Assembly (NCBI GenBank): GCA_963712275.1
Contig: CAVQHD010000001.1
Location: 160,001 to 224,000 of the forward strand
DNA length: 64,000 nt
Reading direction: 5' to 3'
From: an uncultured Rhabdochlamydiaceae bacterium
Lineage (GTDB): Bacteria; Chlamydiota; Chlamydiia; Chlamydiales; Rhabdochlamydiaceae
The notes below the pieces were generated by a model. The model saw only the letters and a list, made by a program, of their open reading frames with translations, had not been told where the DNA came from and searched no databases. This document shows, piece by piece, positions 1-10,241 of the stretch. The stretch's first letter is position 1, and every line of letters begins with the position of its first letter. The translations under genes and the position numbers were made by a program.

Positions 1-54
1 GCAGAGTAAACCTTGCCCACTCCTTGGAGGGATAGGGCAAGGCGCGGGCAACGA

Positions 55-360
55 CTACTTAGAATCTGCTGTTTTAGCTTTTAATAGCCCTCCAACAACA
101 GCGAGTTGATACTTATTCATGATCGTATCGACAGCTGCATCAGCTGCAAGAGCATTTTTTTGAGCTATTTCAAGCACCTCATGACGCTGATCAAGATTCA
201 TCAAATTGAAAGCTTGACATTGAGCTGGACTTAAAAAACTCACAAAAGCAACTTCTTCCATGGCTTGTGGCGTCTTATCATGGCTATCAGTAGGACTTGC
301 TCCTACAAAGTTCATCGCTAATGTGATCAATCCTATCATGACTATCGTCTGTTTACTCAT
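55..360 (-). CDS. Small secreted hypothetical protein, probable paralog of the 378..695 gene
   Basis: ORF 55..393; likely start ATG 360 after an AAGGAA SD-like motif; signal-peptide-like N-terminus (MSKQTIVMIGLITLAMNFVGA). Confidence 0.7.
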   Translation of the reverse strand: MSKQTIVMIGLITLAMNFVGASPTDSHDKTPQAMEEVAFVSFLSPAQCQAFNLMNLDQRHEVLEIAQKNALAADAAVDTIMNKYQLAVVGGLLKAKTADSK

Positions 361-377
361 TCTATTTTCCTTTGTTT

Positions 378-695
378 TTATTTTACAGGGCATCCTGTTG
401 GGGTTTTTTGGGGTGATGGGGAACCTACTTTCTGAACCGCCATATCAGGCGACATTGTCATTCCCGACGCATCGGGTGTAGAGGCCATTTGCATTGCTGA
501 AGCTCTCTGAACATCCGTAAATTTCCCACAAAAGAGGGCTTTATTCATCGGAGAAAGCTGCGATGCAAATTGCTGCATCTCTTGAGACATCGTGCTGCAA
601 TCCATCATTTGCTGCATCTGCTCTGCCTGTAGAGCTAGAGGAGCAAATCCCAAGGCGCATCCAGCAATGGCAATCATCATCATCTTAAATTTCAT
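378..695 (-). CDS. Small Met/Gln-rich secreted hypothetical protein
   Basis: ORF 378..749; likely start ATG 695 after AAGGAG; signal peptide ending ALQA. Confidence 0.75.
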   Translation of the reverse strand: MKFKMMMIAIAGCALGFAPLALQAEQMQQMMDCSTMSQEMQQFASQLSPMNKALFCGKFTDVQRASAMQMASTPDASGMTMSPDMAVQKVGSPSPQKTPTGCPVK

Positions 696-852
696 ATTTC
701 TCCTTTGCATTAAAAGCCGTTTTAAAACTGTATTTGATACACCATACACCTCCTTTTCAATTTTTGTCTATCTACAATTGTGCAAGGATACCAATCTGAT
801 AAGGGACAATGGGCGCTATTTTTCGTCGAGGGAAATATGATAATGAGATATA

Positions 853-1515
853 ATGGGATTTCTTATGGGTCCCATATCTGGGTTGCTTGATAAAATTTTC
901 AACTCGTCCTATTCTTTAACAAAACAACCTTTATTCAAATATTGCCGTGTAACAGTTTCAGCCTTTGCTGGAATCGCTGCCTCCCTAGGACTGATCTATT
1001 TTACAGTTTCTTATTTAAAGGGACGAACCAAGTGGTTCAATAAAGAAAGTCCTAAACCCCAACAAATAGATAAACCTACTGCAGCTCCACTTACCCGGAA
1101 AGCCGTTATATTAGGACATCGTAAAGAAGCCGAGTCTTGGATGCTCAGCAATGGGCAGTCTCTTGAACAGTTTCTAAAAACCAGATTTCATCTGGATTTA
1201 AGCTACCAGAATACGTTTGCAGGCATTCCTTTAGAAACTGTACCCATTGTTCTTGAGAGAATTAACGCCCGGCATGGCGGCTTGGGTGAGTCTGCTCAAA
1301 TATTAAAAAATCCTATTATTTTGGTTGGGTCTACAATAAATGCGGCAAAAATAAGCAAAAAAATGTTTGTAGCAAGATCTCAAATAAACCCAGAGAGAGT
1401 TATTATGTTTAAGATAACAGATGGTTACAAAGGGATGGAATTCATAGGGATGAAAATCGACATAAACCCGGATCTTTTGGAAGAAAAGATAAGGACACTA
1501 TTGAACACTTTCTAA
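853..1515 (+). CDS. Hypothetical protein with N-terminal hydrophobic segment
   Basis: 220-aa ORF with TM-like VTVSAFAGIAASLGLIYFTVSYL; no family recognised. Confidence 0.65.
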   Translation: MGFLMGPISGLLDKIFNSSYSLTKQPLFKYCRVTVSAFAGIAASLGLIYFTVSYLKGRTKWFNKESPKPQQIDKPTAAPLTRKAVILGHRKEAESWMLSNGQSLEQFLKTRFHLDLSYQNTFAGIPLETVPIVLERINARHGGLGESAQILKNPIILVGSTINAAKISKKMFVARSQINPERVIMFKITDGYKGMEFIGMKIDINPDLLEEKIRTLLNTF

Positions 1516-1548
1516 GAAGCTGTCTTAAAACTCAGTCTATCGATTTTT
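1516..1548. repeat. Truncated end of palindromic MITE family A
   Basis: GAAGCTGTCTTAAAACTCAG identical to the TIR at 9093 and 29941, preceded by TAA. Confidence 0.8.
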
Positions 1549-1574
1549 AATACGGCTTGATATATGTAACGGTT

Positions 1575-2060
1575 ATGAGTGAAAGGCCAATTGAGTGCGG
1601 AGAATGTAAAAGAGCTGTCAAGATTTTCTACAAGGAAATCACAGGTGATACCATCACATGCACTGAAATGTGTGATGAATGCCCTGTTTTCAAAGCCAAA
1701 CTAGCTGGCGACTCTGTTGTGTCTCCTCAAAAAGAAAATCCCCTGTGTTGCGGTGTGTGCGGGACCTCACTTGAATCTGTGAAAATGAGTCAACCACTCG
1801 GTTGCCCGGAATGTTATACAGTCTTTGCTAATTTTATCCTGAGTGAGCTAATTGCAGCTGATGGAATCCCTTCTTCTAAGAAAATAAAACCTCAAGCCCT
1901 TCATATTGGTAGCTCCCCCCAGCAGCCAAGTTCAGTTGCCCTCTCCTCCAAGCTCGCTTCACTCAGCGAAGCCTTGAATGAAGCCCTCAAAAAAGAAAAC
2001 TATGAACAGGCTGCTTGGCTTCGGGACCAAATTAAAGCCATGACTGATCAACATGAGTAG
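1575..2060 (+). CDS. mcsA: McsA-like protein-arginine kinase activator (UvrB/UvrC motif)
   Basis: Four CxxC pairs, C-terminal ENYEQAAWLRDQI UVR motif, coupled to the kinase gene; likely start ATG 1575. Confidence 0.88.
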   Translation: MSERPIECGECKRAVKIFYKEITGDTITCTEMCDECPVFKAKLAGDSVVSPQKENPLCCGVCGTSLESVKMSQPLGCPECYTVFANFILSELIAADGIPSSKKIKPQALHIGSSPQQPSSVALSSKLASLSEALNEALKKENYEQAAWLRDQIKAMTDQHE

Positions 2061-3117
2061 CAAACTCCCTGATTTTCTTTTTCAAAGCACGGGTTGGAAT
2101 CACGAAAAAAATCCTATTTGGATTGGCTCTACGCTCCATCTCTACCGTAATTTTGCTCTTTATAAATTCCCCGGCAAAATGACGCCGGCTGAAATGGCAG
2201 GAAGCCAAAAGACCATCGTTGAAGCCTGTCAAAAAATTCCATCTCTCCAACCTCTCACATTCCTTCCTGCAGAAGAACTCTCCCCTCTTGATAAGGAGCT
2301 CCTCTTTGAACATTTTCAATGCTCTCAAGGGCTGCAAGAGGCACAAATGGGTCAAGGATTTGCTTTTAACTCTCAAGGCAATTGCCTGATCTTGCTTCAC
2401 CTCCATAACCACTTACAAATCCATATCGTTGAACCTTCCGATGACCTTATCAGCGCATGGCTTGCTCTTTCCAAAATGGATGCCGATATTGGACGGATAA
2501 ACCCCTATGCCTTCTCCTCCAATTTTGGGTATCTCACGGCTGATCCTATGGTATGCGGAACAGCTCTTGAGGTGCGGCTGCTGCTTCACATCCCTGCCCT
2601 CCGCCATACGGGAGCGCTCGGAGAAATTCTTCGAAATTGCGGAGATGAACAGCTCCTCTTTTTAAGCCTAGAGGGAGCCGTTGCTGATCTTGTCGGTGAT
2701 ATTTTGATCTTAAAAAATCATTACACATTAGGAGTTGCTGAAGAGACTCTCCTCAATCTACTTAAGACAGCAGCTCTTAAAATCGCACAGGCTGAAAAAA
2801 CTGCGTGCGACCGCTTAAAAGATACTCCTTCTCCGGAATTAAAAGACTTTGTTGGAAGATCTTTTGGACTTTTGATGCACTCGTATCAACTATATCCCAA
2901 AGAAGCTCTTGACGGCCTTTCAGGTCTCAAGCTAGGTGTTCATCTTGGATGGGTTTCAGGGGTCTCTCCCCAAAAGCTGAACACTCTCATGCTTCAGCTC
3001 CGAAGAGCACATCTCACCCACCTGCTCCACCTTGGATCTCCTGACCTTCAAGAACTTTCCCACAAACGAGCCGAATGGCTCCATCAAGAACTCAAAGGAA
3101 TTGCCATCATCGAATGA
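2053..3117 (+). CDS. mcsB: Protein arginine kinase (ATP:guanido phosphotransferase family)
   Basis: YAFSSNFGYLTADPMVCGTAL...LLHIPAL motif; follows mcsA as in Chlamydia. Confidence 0.88.
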   Translation: MSSKLPDFLFQSTGWNHEKNPIWIGSTLHLYRNFALYKFPGKMTPAEMAGSQKTIVEACQKIPSLQPLTFLPAEELSPLDKELLFEHFQCSQGLQEAQMGQGFAFNSQGNCLILLHLHNHLQIHIVEPSDDLISAWLALSKMDADIGRINPYAFSSNFGYLTADPMVCGTALEVRLLLHIPALRHTGALGEILRNCGDEQLLFLSLEGAVADLVGDILILKNHYTLGVAEETLLNLLKTAALKIAQAEKTACDRLKDTPSPELKDFVGRSFGLLMHSYQLYPKEALDGLSGLKLGVHLGWVSGVSPQKLNTLMLQLRRAHLTHLLHLGSPDLQELSHKRAEWLHQELKGIAIIE

Positions 3118-3136
3118 AGCCTTTATATTCGTCGAA

Positions 3137-3856
3137 ATGCATTGGACAGCAGTCATCTTGATGGGGGGCGAAGGACGGAGAATGGGAAGCTCCACCCCTA
3201 AACAATTTCATCTCCTAGATTCTCTGAAAGTCTATGAGCGCACCCTTCAAACCTTTCGAGAGGCAGCTCTTTTCCAAGAGATCATTCTTGTCTGCCATCC
3301 AGCGTGGACTAGCCAGGTCAAGGAAGAGACAGCCTCTTTTCCAGAGGTGTCGGTGGTTACCGGCGGCCCTACCCGGCAAGCCTCTTCCAGGCAAGGGCTT
3401 CTTGCCTGCAGGCCAGGATGCGATTATGTGATGATTCACGATGCAGTTCGCCCCTTTGTCTCTTTACAAATTCTTAAAAACAATTATGAAGCCGCTCTCA
3501 AACATGGAGCCGTGGATACCTGCATTGCTTCGGCCGATACTCTACTCATGACACACGACGGAACCCGGATTGCCTCTATTCCTCCACGAGACCAATTTCG
3601 GAGAGGACAAACTCCGCAGACATTCGCCTATCCCCTGATTGATGAAGCCCACCAAAAAACAACCCGAACGAACGCTTCCGATGATTGTCAACTGGTCCTC
3701 GACTTAGGCCTTCCGGTCGTTATTGTCGAAGGATCGGAGGATAATCTTAAAATCACCACCGATCGAGACTTAGAAGCGGCAAAGCTCCTCTTGAGCATGC
3801 AAGTCACCAAGCGCTTCTTTTCAACTTCCAAGCAGCTAAGATCCAACAGCTTATAA
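3137..3856 (+). CDS. ispD: 2-C-methyl-D-erythritol 4-phosphate cytidylyltransferase (IspD/TarI family)
   Basis: GGEGRRMG..PKQF, GGPTRQAS, IHDAVRPFV, QTPQ, NLKITT motifs; likely start ATG 3137. Confidence 0.88.
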   Translation: MHWTAVILMGGEGRRMGSSTPKQFHLLDSLKVYERTLQTFREAALFQEIILVCHPAWTSQVKEETASFPEVSVVTGGPTRQASSRQGLLACRPGCDYVMIHDAVRPFVSLQILKNNYEAALKHGAVDTCIASADTLLMTHDGTRIASIPPRDQFRRGQTPQTFAYPLIDEAHQKTTRTNASDDCQLVLDLGLPVVIVEGSEDNLKITTDRDLEAAKLLLSMQVTKRFFSTSKQLRSNSL

Positions 3857-4984
3857 TTTTATCCGACATCCCGCTACAATGTGGCTGGAGCCATAGTCAT
3901 CGCCTCTCTGGATGGCGAGACCCTTCGAGCCAAAGCCGCCAACAGTAAAACCACGCTCTTGACATCGCGTAATGGTCGCTGGTCTATCAGGATAAAGCCT
4001 TTCGCCTGTAGTGACATAGTGGAGCAGTATGCAGATGACTGCTTCCAGCAGTTTGGGAAGCTCGTAGGTCAGCCCTGTTTGCTTAGCGCAGCTTGCGACA
4101 AGCGCCTTCTGCTCTTCGTAGTTTTTGTTGAAACTTCCTCCAATGAAATGGCGGGTCATGAGAATCCAGTATGATTCAGCCACGGGTTTGTCTTCATACC
4201 CCTCTAAATCAGGCGGAAAAAGGTATTTCGTCGGAAAGTGAGCGGGGTACCGGGGGTTCTCTACAAGCTTTTCGAAGTTTTTTACGGTGAGGGGGTTACC
4301 GTTTAAGGTTTTGGGGATGAGGACGAGGAGATGAGCATCTCTGACTGTTTTATAGGGAAAAAGGAGAGAATTGCTCTGAAGGATTTGGTGAATGTCTTTA
4401 GGAAGTGGCGGTATGTTCCCAACATCCCCAAGGACCTCCCAATTATTTTCTCCAATGGCGGTAGAGAGAAGGAGAGGAGGGGTGATGAGTTTTGGAATGG
4501 AAGCAATTTGAGGTGAGGAGGTGGATATTTGAGAAGACGACGTTTGATTATAAGTATGAGACGGCTGGGGTTGAGGCGAGGAAGGGGTTAGGCTTGCCCC
4601 TGTCACTTGTGGGACTTGCAGGATTTGCTCGAGTTTTTCTTTAACAAATGTGCTGACTTTGCCTTGGGTGTCTACGAGGAGGACGATCAAGTTGTAAGAC
4701 TCTTGGTCCTGAGAACTAAGAGTTTGATTGAGATCAAGGGTGAGGAGAACTTCTGATTTTTGTTTCAAGGCTTGAAGGAGGCTGGGGTCTTGCTTCACAA
4801 CCTCTTCTCCAAGGAGGTTGATCATGCGTTTAAGGAGATCGTAAACGGTCGTAGTGTTGTTGGGTTGTGCGGGGTTGGGAAGAGGGTTAGGTTGGGATTC
4901 AACCAATAATCCGGTGGGGGTTTGGGGATTTAGTGGGAGACTTACTGGAGAGGATGGTTGGCTGGTGGGGGGTGTTGGATACAT
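3851..4984 (-). CDS. Diverged member of the variable C-terminal-domain effector family lacking the PARP-like domain (copy D)
   Basis: Colinear with 43995..45965 at the N-terminus, linker and C-terminal domain (GDVG..PPLP, HLLVLIP, YWILMT, YELPKLLEA, GCRIKL). Confidence 0.8.
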   Translation of the reverse strand: MYPTPPTSQPSSPVSLPLNPQTPTGLLVESQPNPLPNPAQPNNTTTVYDLLKRMINLLGEEVVKQDPSLLQALKQKSEVLLTLDLNQTLSSQDQESYNLIVLLVDTQGKVSTFVKEKLEQILQVPQVTGASLTPSSPQPQPSHTYNQTSSSQISTSSPQIASIPKLITPPLLLSTAIGENNWEVLGDVGNIPPLPKDIHQILQSNSLLFPYKTVRDAHLLVLIPKTLNGNPLTVKNFEKLVENPRYPAHFPTKYLFPPDLEGYEDKPVAESYWILMTRHFIGGSFNKNYEEQKALVASCAKQTGLTYELPKLLEAVICILLHYVTTGERLYPDRPATITRCQERGFTVGGFGSKGLAIQRGDDYGSSHIVAGCRIKL

Positions 4985-5122
4985 ACGGTTCTCCTTTTAT
5001 TAGACTTGGCTATGGCCAAGTGAAAGGAAATATTAGGAGATAATGAGGATAATTTTCAATAGCTCATAATCTATTCCAAAATTTGCTCTCTTTTTTTCTA
5101 AGCTTCCGCTATATCTACAATT

Positions 5123-7954
5123 ATGCAAGATCATTTTCAGACATTAAAAACACTTCCTTCCGGTGCCTACTATTATTCACTACCCGCTTTAGCAAAGCAA
5201 AAAATGAACTTCATTCAGCGGCTCCCAGTCTCCATTCGGATCATGTTGGAAGCTCTTCTTCGGCATTGCGATGGCGTGCGAGTGAAAGAAGAGGATGTAC
5301 AGCAGCTCGCCGCTTGGAATGCAAAAAGGCCATCGGATCGAGACGTTCCTTTTGTGGTGTCTCGCGTGATTCTTCAAGACTTTACTGGCGTACCTCTTTT
5401 AGTTGACCTTGCCGCAATGCGCGATGCAGTCGCCACTAAAGGATACCCGGCAGAGCTCATCGAGCCTCAAGTGCCGGTCGATCTTGTGATCGACCACTCC
5501 GTCCAAGTCGACCGGTCAGGCTCACCTGATGCCTTTCTTTTTAACCTCAAAATCGAATTTGAAAGGAATCAAGAACGGTATGAATTTTTAAAGTGGGGGC
5601 AAGAGGCATTTAAGACATTTAAAGTCGTTCCTCCAGGCATTGGAATCGTTCATCAAGTCAATCTTGAGAACCTCGCTTGCGGAGTTGCTGAGGAAACCCG
5701 CGATGGAAAAACGGTTCTCTACCCTGATACTCTTGTAGGGACAGATTCTCATACGACCATGATCAATGGACTCGGCGTTGTAGGCTGGGGCGTTGGAGGG
5801 ATTGAAGCAGAAGCGGCCATGCTGGGCCAGCCTGTCGCCCTTCAAACACCCGAGGTCATTGGAGTTCACTTCTCAGAAAGCCTTCAAGAAGGAGTGACTG
5901 CGACCGATTTAACACTTCGTATTACAGAGCTTCTCAGACAAGCAAGTGTCGTTGGGAAGTTCGTCGAGTTCTTTGGGGAAGGGACAGCCACGCTTACGGT
6001 TGCAGATCGAGCAACCATTGGCAACATGGCCCCTGAGTATGGAGCAACGATGGGATTTTTTCCCTGCGACGAAAAAACTCTCGACTATCTTCGGATGACC
6101 GGGCGGAGCGATGCCGAAGTTACGCGTGTCAAAGAGTATTTGATGGCACAGCATCTCTTTGGCATTCCAAAAGAAGGAGAGATCGATTATACACAGGTGA
6201 TTGAGCTTGACCTCTCGACAGTCAAACCGTGCGTCGCCGGTCCCAAACGACCTCAGGACCGGATTGAGCTTCCCGAACTTAAAGCAAAATTCTCAAGGCT
6301 CACCTCAGCTCCGGTATCTCAAGGAGGATATGAAAAAAAAGAGTCAGAGCAGCTGCGGCAGGTCTTTATTCGAGGCTCAGCCGCTTTTTCTCCGCAGCTT
6401 CCCCACGAAACAGGAGGGAAAGAGACACTCGGAAACGGCTCTCTCCCCTGGAGTGAAGATGAGATGGTCACCAACCGCCCTTTTACAGAAGCCGTTGACG
6501 ACCCAACATATATCCATGAAAAAGAAGCCGACATCATCCTATCCCACGGATCGATTGTGATTGCAGCGATCACCAGCTGCACTAACACTAGCAACCCAAG
6601 CGTCATGATTGGGGCAGGGCTTCTTGCGAAAAAAGCGATCCAAAAAGGGCTTCGAGTCAACCCTCTTGTGAAGACAAGCTTAGCTCCAGGATCCCGCGTC
6701 GTCACCGATTATCTTCATAAAAGTGGTTTGCAAAAATATCTGGATGAGCTTGGATTTCAACTCGTCGCTTACGGATGCACAACCTGCATTGGCAACAGCG
6801 GCCCTTTGGAAGAGAGAATCGAAAAGGCAATTCAGCAATACGATCTCGTCACAGCCAGCGTCCTCAGCGGGAATCGGAACTTTGAAGCTCGCATTCATAG
6901 CTCTGTTAAAGCTAATTTTCTGATGTCCCCTCCCCTTGTCGTTGCATTTGCCATTGCAGGACGGGTTGATATCGACTTAACAAAAGAGCCCGTTGGCCAT
7001 GATAGAGAAGGGCGCCCTGTCTATTTGAAAGAGATTTGGCCCTCCTCAAAAGAGATTGAAGATGTGATTAAAAAAGTGCTTCAACCCTCGATGTTCAAAG
7101 AGCGGTATTCCCACATCTTACAAGATAACCCCGTTTGGCAAGAGATCAAAACCACCCCATCGTCAAAGTATCATTGGAGCTCTAAAAGCACCTATATTCA
7201 AAAGCCTCCTTACTTTTCTCACTTCTCATTAGACCTTCCAAAGCGCCCTATCTTAAAAGAGATGCGAGCCCTTGCTCTCTTTGGAGATTCTGTGACGACC
7301 GACCATATTTCACCTGCAGGGGCCTTCTCTGCAACCTCGGCCGCAGGAAAATATCTTCTCTCTCTTGGCGTCAAAGAAGCCGATTTTAACAGCTATGGAA
7401 GCCGACGTGGAAACCACAATGTGATGATGCGAGGAACCTTTGCCAATGTCCGCCTTAAAAACCACTTAGCTGGAGGTAAAGAGGGAAGTTATACCAAGCT
7501 CATCCCCGAAGGAACCCTCACTTCGATTTTCGAAGCCTGTGAAGCCTATCAAAAGAAAAATGTCCCCCTCATTCTTTTCGCTGGAAAAGACTATGGGATG
7601 GGAAGTTCCCGCGATTGGGCTGCAAAAGGGACAGCACTCCTTGGTATCCGCGCTGTCATCGCTCGCAGCTTTGAGCGGATCCACCGTAGCAATCTCATCG
7701 GAATGGGAGTCCTTCCTCTCGAGTTTATGGATGGTCAAAGCTGGGAGAGCCTTCAAATCACCGGCGAAGAGCTCTTTACGCTCCAAGCGGATCAACTTAC
7801 CCCTTCCCAAACGATCCAGCTCACCATCGAGCACCAAGGGAAAAGCCGCGAAGCTCCTCTCCTCCTTCGGTTAGACACACCTATCGAAGTCGACTACTAT
7901 ATGCATGGCGGCATCATGCCGTATGTCCTCCGGCAGCTTCTGAAGCACTGTTGA
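5123..7954 (+). CDS. acnA: Aconitate hydratase A
   Basis: [52 protein letters not shown] motifs. Confidence 0.97.
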   Translation: MQDHFQTLKTLPSGAYYYSLPALAKQKMNFIQRLPVSIRIMLEALLRHCDGVRVKEEDVQQLAAWNAKRPSDRDVPFVVSRVILQDFTGVPLLVDLAAMRDAVATKGYPAELIEPQVPVDLVIDHSVQVDRSGSPDAFLFNLKIEFERNQERYEFLKWGQEAFKTFKVVPPGIGIVHQVNLENLACGVAEETRDGKTVLYPDTLVGTDSHTTMINGLGVVGWGVGGIEAEAAMLGQPVALQTPEVIGVHFSESLQEGVTATDLTLRITELLRQASVVGKFVEFFGEGTATLTVADRATIGNMAPEYGATMGFFPCDEKTLDYLRMTGRSDAEVTRVKEYLMAQHLFGIPKEGEIDYTQVIELDLSTVKPCVAGPKRPQDRIELPELKAKFSRLTSAPVSQGGYEKKESEQLRQVFIRGSAAFSPQLPHETGGKETLGNGSLPWSEDEMVTNRPFTEAVDDPTYIHEKEADIILSHGSIVIAAITSCTNTSNPSVMIGAGLLAKKAIQKGLRVNPLVKTSLAPGSRVVTDYLHKSGLQKYLDELGFQLVAYGCTTCIGNSGPLEERIEKAIQQYDLVTASVLSGNRNFEARIHSSVKANFLMSPPLVVAFAIAGRVDIDLTKEPVGHDREGRPVYLKEIWPSSKEIEDVIKKVLQPSMFKERYSHILQDNPVWQEIKTTPSSKYHWSSKSTYIQKPPYFSHFSLDLPKRPILKEMRALALFGDSVTTDHISPAGAFSATSAAGKYLLSLGVKEADFNSYGSRRGNHNVMMRGTFANVRLKNHLAGGKEGSYTKLIPEGTLTSIFEACEAYQKKNVPLILFAGKDYGMGSSRDWAAKGTALLGIRAVIARSFERIHRSNLIGMGVLPLEFMDGQSWESLQITGEELFTLQADQLTPSQTIQLTIEHQGKSREAPLLLRLDTPIEVDYYMHGGIMPYVLRQLLKHC

Positions 7955-8193
7955 TGAGTCGGTGCAATTGTCCTAACGGAATTTAGTATTTAAGTCTACA
8001 AAAGAAGGGGTTCTTTTTACGAGCAGATCGATATAATAAGGGGATCTTTTCGAGAGTTATAAAACTTTGCAGAGCTTCTTCTTGAGCATAAAATAGATAT
8101 AACTTATTTATTCTATGATCACTCTTAATGAAAAATAACCCCTTCGCCAAAGGAGGGGAGGGGTAAAATCAATCTGGCAAAGGAGTTAAAAGT

Positions 8194-8814
8194 TTAGCTC
8201 GTGTGAGCAAGGTGCTCACAGATAAGAGAAATATTGAGAGGGAGAGGGAAAGGAACTTGATCGAGATGCGGCTCGCTGACAAGCTTTCCACTAAAGCTCG
8301 GTACGTCCAGCTCTAGATATCCTGGAACTTCGCGAGCTGTGTTTTCAACTGATTCTTTAACAGGAGAAAGCTGCTGAGCTTTGGTTTTGAGCGAAATCGT
8401 CATTCCAGGCTTCACTTCAAATGAACGCCGGTCGACCTTCTTCCCATTGACACAAACATGGCCGTGCGAAACAAGCTGCTGAGCAGCAAAGATGGTTGGC
8501 GCTAGGCGAAGGCGATAAACCATGTTATCTAAGCGGCACTCTAATCGTCTTAAGAAAAGATGAGATGTGACCCCTTTCTGACGAAGGGCTTCCTTGTAGT
8601 ATCGGACCAACTGTTTTTGGTTAATCATCCCATAGACAGCTTTTAACTTTTGCTTCTCTTCTAATTGTTGGCCAATATCTGATTTTTTCTTCTTCTTTCC
8701 CCCGTGCATTCCAGGAGGATTTGCCTTGTGAAGAAGAGGATTGCGTGCACGCCCAAAAATATTCACACCAAAACGGCGGGCGATTCGATTTTTAGGGCCA
8801 GTATAACGTACCAT
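8194..8814 (-). CDS. rpsD: 30S ribosomal protein S4
   Basis: MVRYTGPK start, [26 protein letters not shown]; likely start ATG 8814. Confidence 0.96.
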   Translation of the reverse strand: MVRYTGPKNRIARRFGVNIFGRARNPLLHKANPPGMHGGKKKKKSDIGQQLEEKQKLKAVYGMINQKQLVRYYKEALRQKGVTSHLFLRRLECRLDNMVYRLRLAPTIFAAQQLVSHGHVCVNGKKVDRRSFEVKPGMTISLKTKAQQLSPVKESVENTAREVPGYLELDVPSFSGKLVSEPHLDQVPFPLPLNISLICEHLAHTS

Positions 8815-8939
8815 TCGTTGCTCCAAATCAATAACTTTTACATCGAAAGAAGCCATGGTAATTTAGGCAGAGTTTTTTAACAAGTGTTAATAATTTTTTT
8901 AATTCTTTCCTTCTTGATAAGATCGATTTATCCGTTGAC

Positions 8940-9280
8940 GGAAGAAAACCAAGTGTTTTAGCGCTTGGGTGAATTCCGCTACTTTGTTAAACTATTCTTG
9001 TCTTAACAGACTAGCCGCTGGAATGGCGGGTAAAAGCCTGTTGGAGCTGCCCTTAAGTTGGGAGCTATGAATCAGGAATCTCGTGCCCTTTAGAAGCTGT
9101 CTTAAAACTCAGGTTTCGTCGCTTTTTAGAGGATTTTTGGCCAATTTTCACTTTATTTGGTGGGGGTAATATACGAAGTTGATATTACCCCCACCAAATA
9201 AAGCGAAAATTGGCTCAAAAAGCCCCAAAAATCGACAGAAACTGAGTTTTAAGACAGCTTCTTAGGGCCGAGAGGTTCAA
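8940..9280 (+). mobile_element. Miniature non-autonomous IS200/IS605-type element (both ends, no ORF), interrupted by a MITE
   Basis: TTGAC (8935-8939) then left-end hairpin CCAAGTG-TTTTAG-CGCTTGG; right-end-like GCCTGTTGGAG...ATGAATCAGGAATCTCGTGCCCTTTA[MITE]GGGCCGAGAGGTTCAA ending in TCAA. Confidence 0.65.
9093..9261. mobile_element. Palindromic MITE family A, full copy (169 bp)
   Basis: TIR GAAGCTGTCTTAAAACTCAG / CTGAGTTTTAAGACAGCTTC; whole element is an imperfect palindrome; TTA duplicated at 9090-9092 and 9262-9264. Confidence 0.9.
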
Positions 9281-9293
9281 AATTCTTCCTGCT

Positions 9294-10241
9294 ATGGACT
9301 ATTGGGTACTTGCTTACTATTTTTTCACGCCGATCGAAGATCCGGCGCAAGAGGTGTTTCGACATAAAGATTTTTTTGCTCGTCGCGATATACGAGGAAG
9401 AATTTATATCTCTTCTGAAGGAATCAACGGTCAGATTAGCGCCCAACCTGCTGAAGCTCAATCCTATATGGAATGGCTAAAGTCAGACAGCCGCTTTCAA
9501 GAAGTGGAATTCAAGATCCATACATGGACTGAACATTGCTTCCCCCGAGCGACGATCAAAATGAGGCCCCAGCTGGTTGCCCTCGATACAAAAGCCGATC
9601 CATCCAAAGCAGGGCACCGCCTCTCTTCAGAGGAGTGGAAAAAGAGACTCGATGTGCATGATCCAAATAGGGTCTTAATCGATGTCAGAAATAGATACGA
9701 ATGGGAACTTGGCCATTTTGAGGGGGCCGAGCTTCCGAACCTAGAGCAATTTCGAGATTTTCCTAGCTATGCGGAGGATCTTAAAAAAAGGCATGATCCA
9801 AAGACAACCAAGGTGATGATGTACTGCACAGGGGGCATCCGATGCGAGCTCTATTCCGCTCTCCTAAAAGAAGAAGGGTTCGAAGAGGTGTATCAACTTA
9901 AAGGAGGGATTATTCAATACGGCCTTGAGCAAGGATCTAAACACTGGCGAGGGAAATTATTTGTCTTCGATGACAGACTTTCCGTTCCTATTTCTGAAAA
10001 AGAAGCTTCCGATATCATTAGCCATTGCAAATACTGCCAGACTCTAACCGATCTTTATTTCAACTGCGCAAATATGGATTGTAATGAACTTTTCCTAGCG
10101 TGCAATGCCTGTGCAGAAAAAGCCTGCGGCTGCTGCTCCCCTTCTTGTGAAAAAGCTCCCCGCGTTCGTCCCTTTCAAAAACAGGATCGCCCCAAACCCT
10201 TTCGTAGATTAGGACCCTTAGTGCATGGAACTCCTTCTTGA
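9294..10241 (+). CDS. trhO: Rhodanese-domain tRNA uridine(34) hydroxylase (UPF0176/TrhO family)
   Basis: GRIYISSEGINGQ, IDVRNRYE..GHF, MYCTGGIRCE, LKGGI..Y, GKLFVFD.R motifs. Confidence 0.9.
   Translation: MDYWVLAYYFFTPIEDPAQEVFRHKDFFARRDIRGRIYISSEGINGQISAQPAEAQSYMEWLKSDSRFQEVEFKIHTWTEHCFPRATIKMRPQLVALDTKADPSKAGHRLSSEEWKKRLDVHDPNRVLIDVRNRYEWELGHFEGAELPNLEQFRDFPSYAEDLKKRHDPKTTKVMMYCTGGIRCELYSALLKEEGFEEVYQLKGGIIQYGLEQGSKHWRGKLFVFDDRLSVPISEKEASDIISHCKYCQTLTDLYFNCANMDCNELFLACNACAEKACGCCSPSCEKAPRVRPFQKQDRPKPFRRLGPLVHGTPS

Noticed and set aside
11..42. Hairpin CCTTGCCC...GGGCAAGG at the window start
   Set aside because: Possibly a terminator, but it has no clear T-run and its context is cut off.
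3032..3136. N-terminal extension of IspD
   Set aside because: Overlaps mcsB out of frame; the family motif begins right after ATG 3137.
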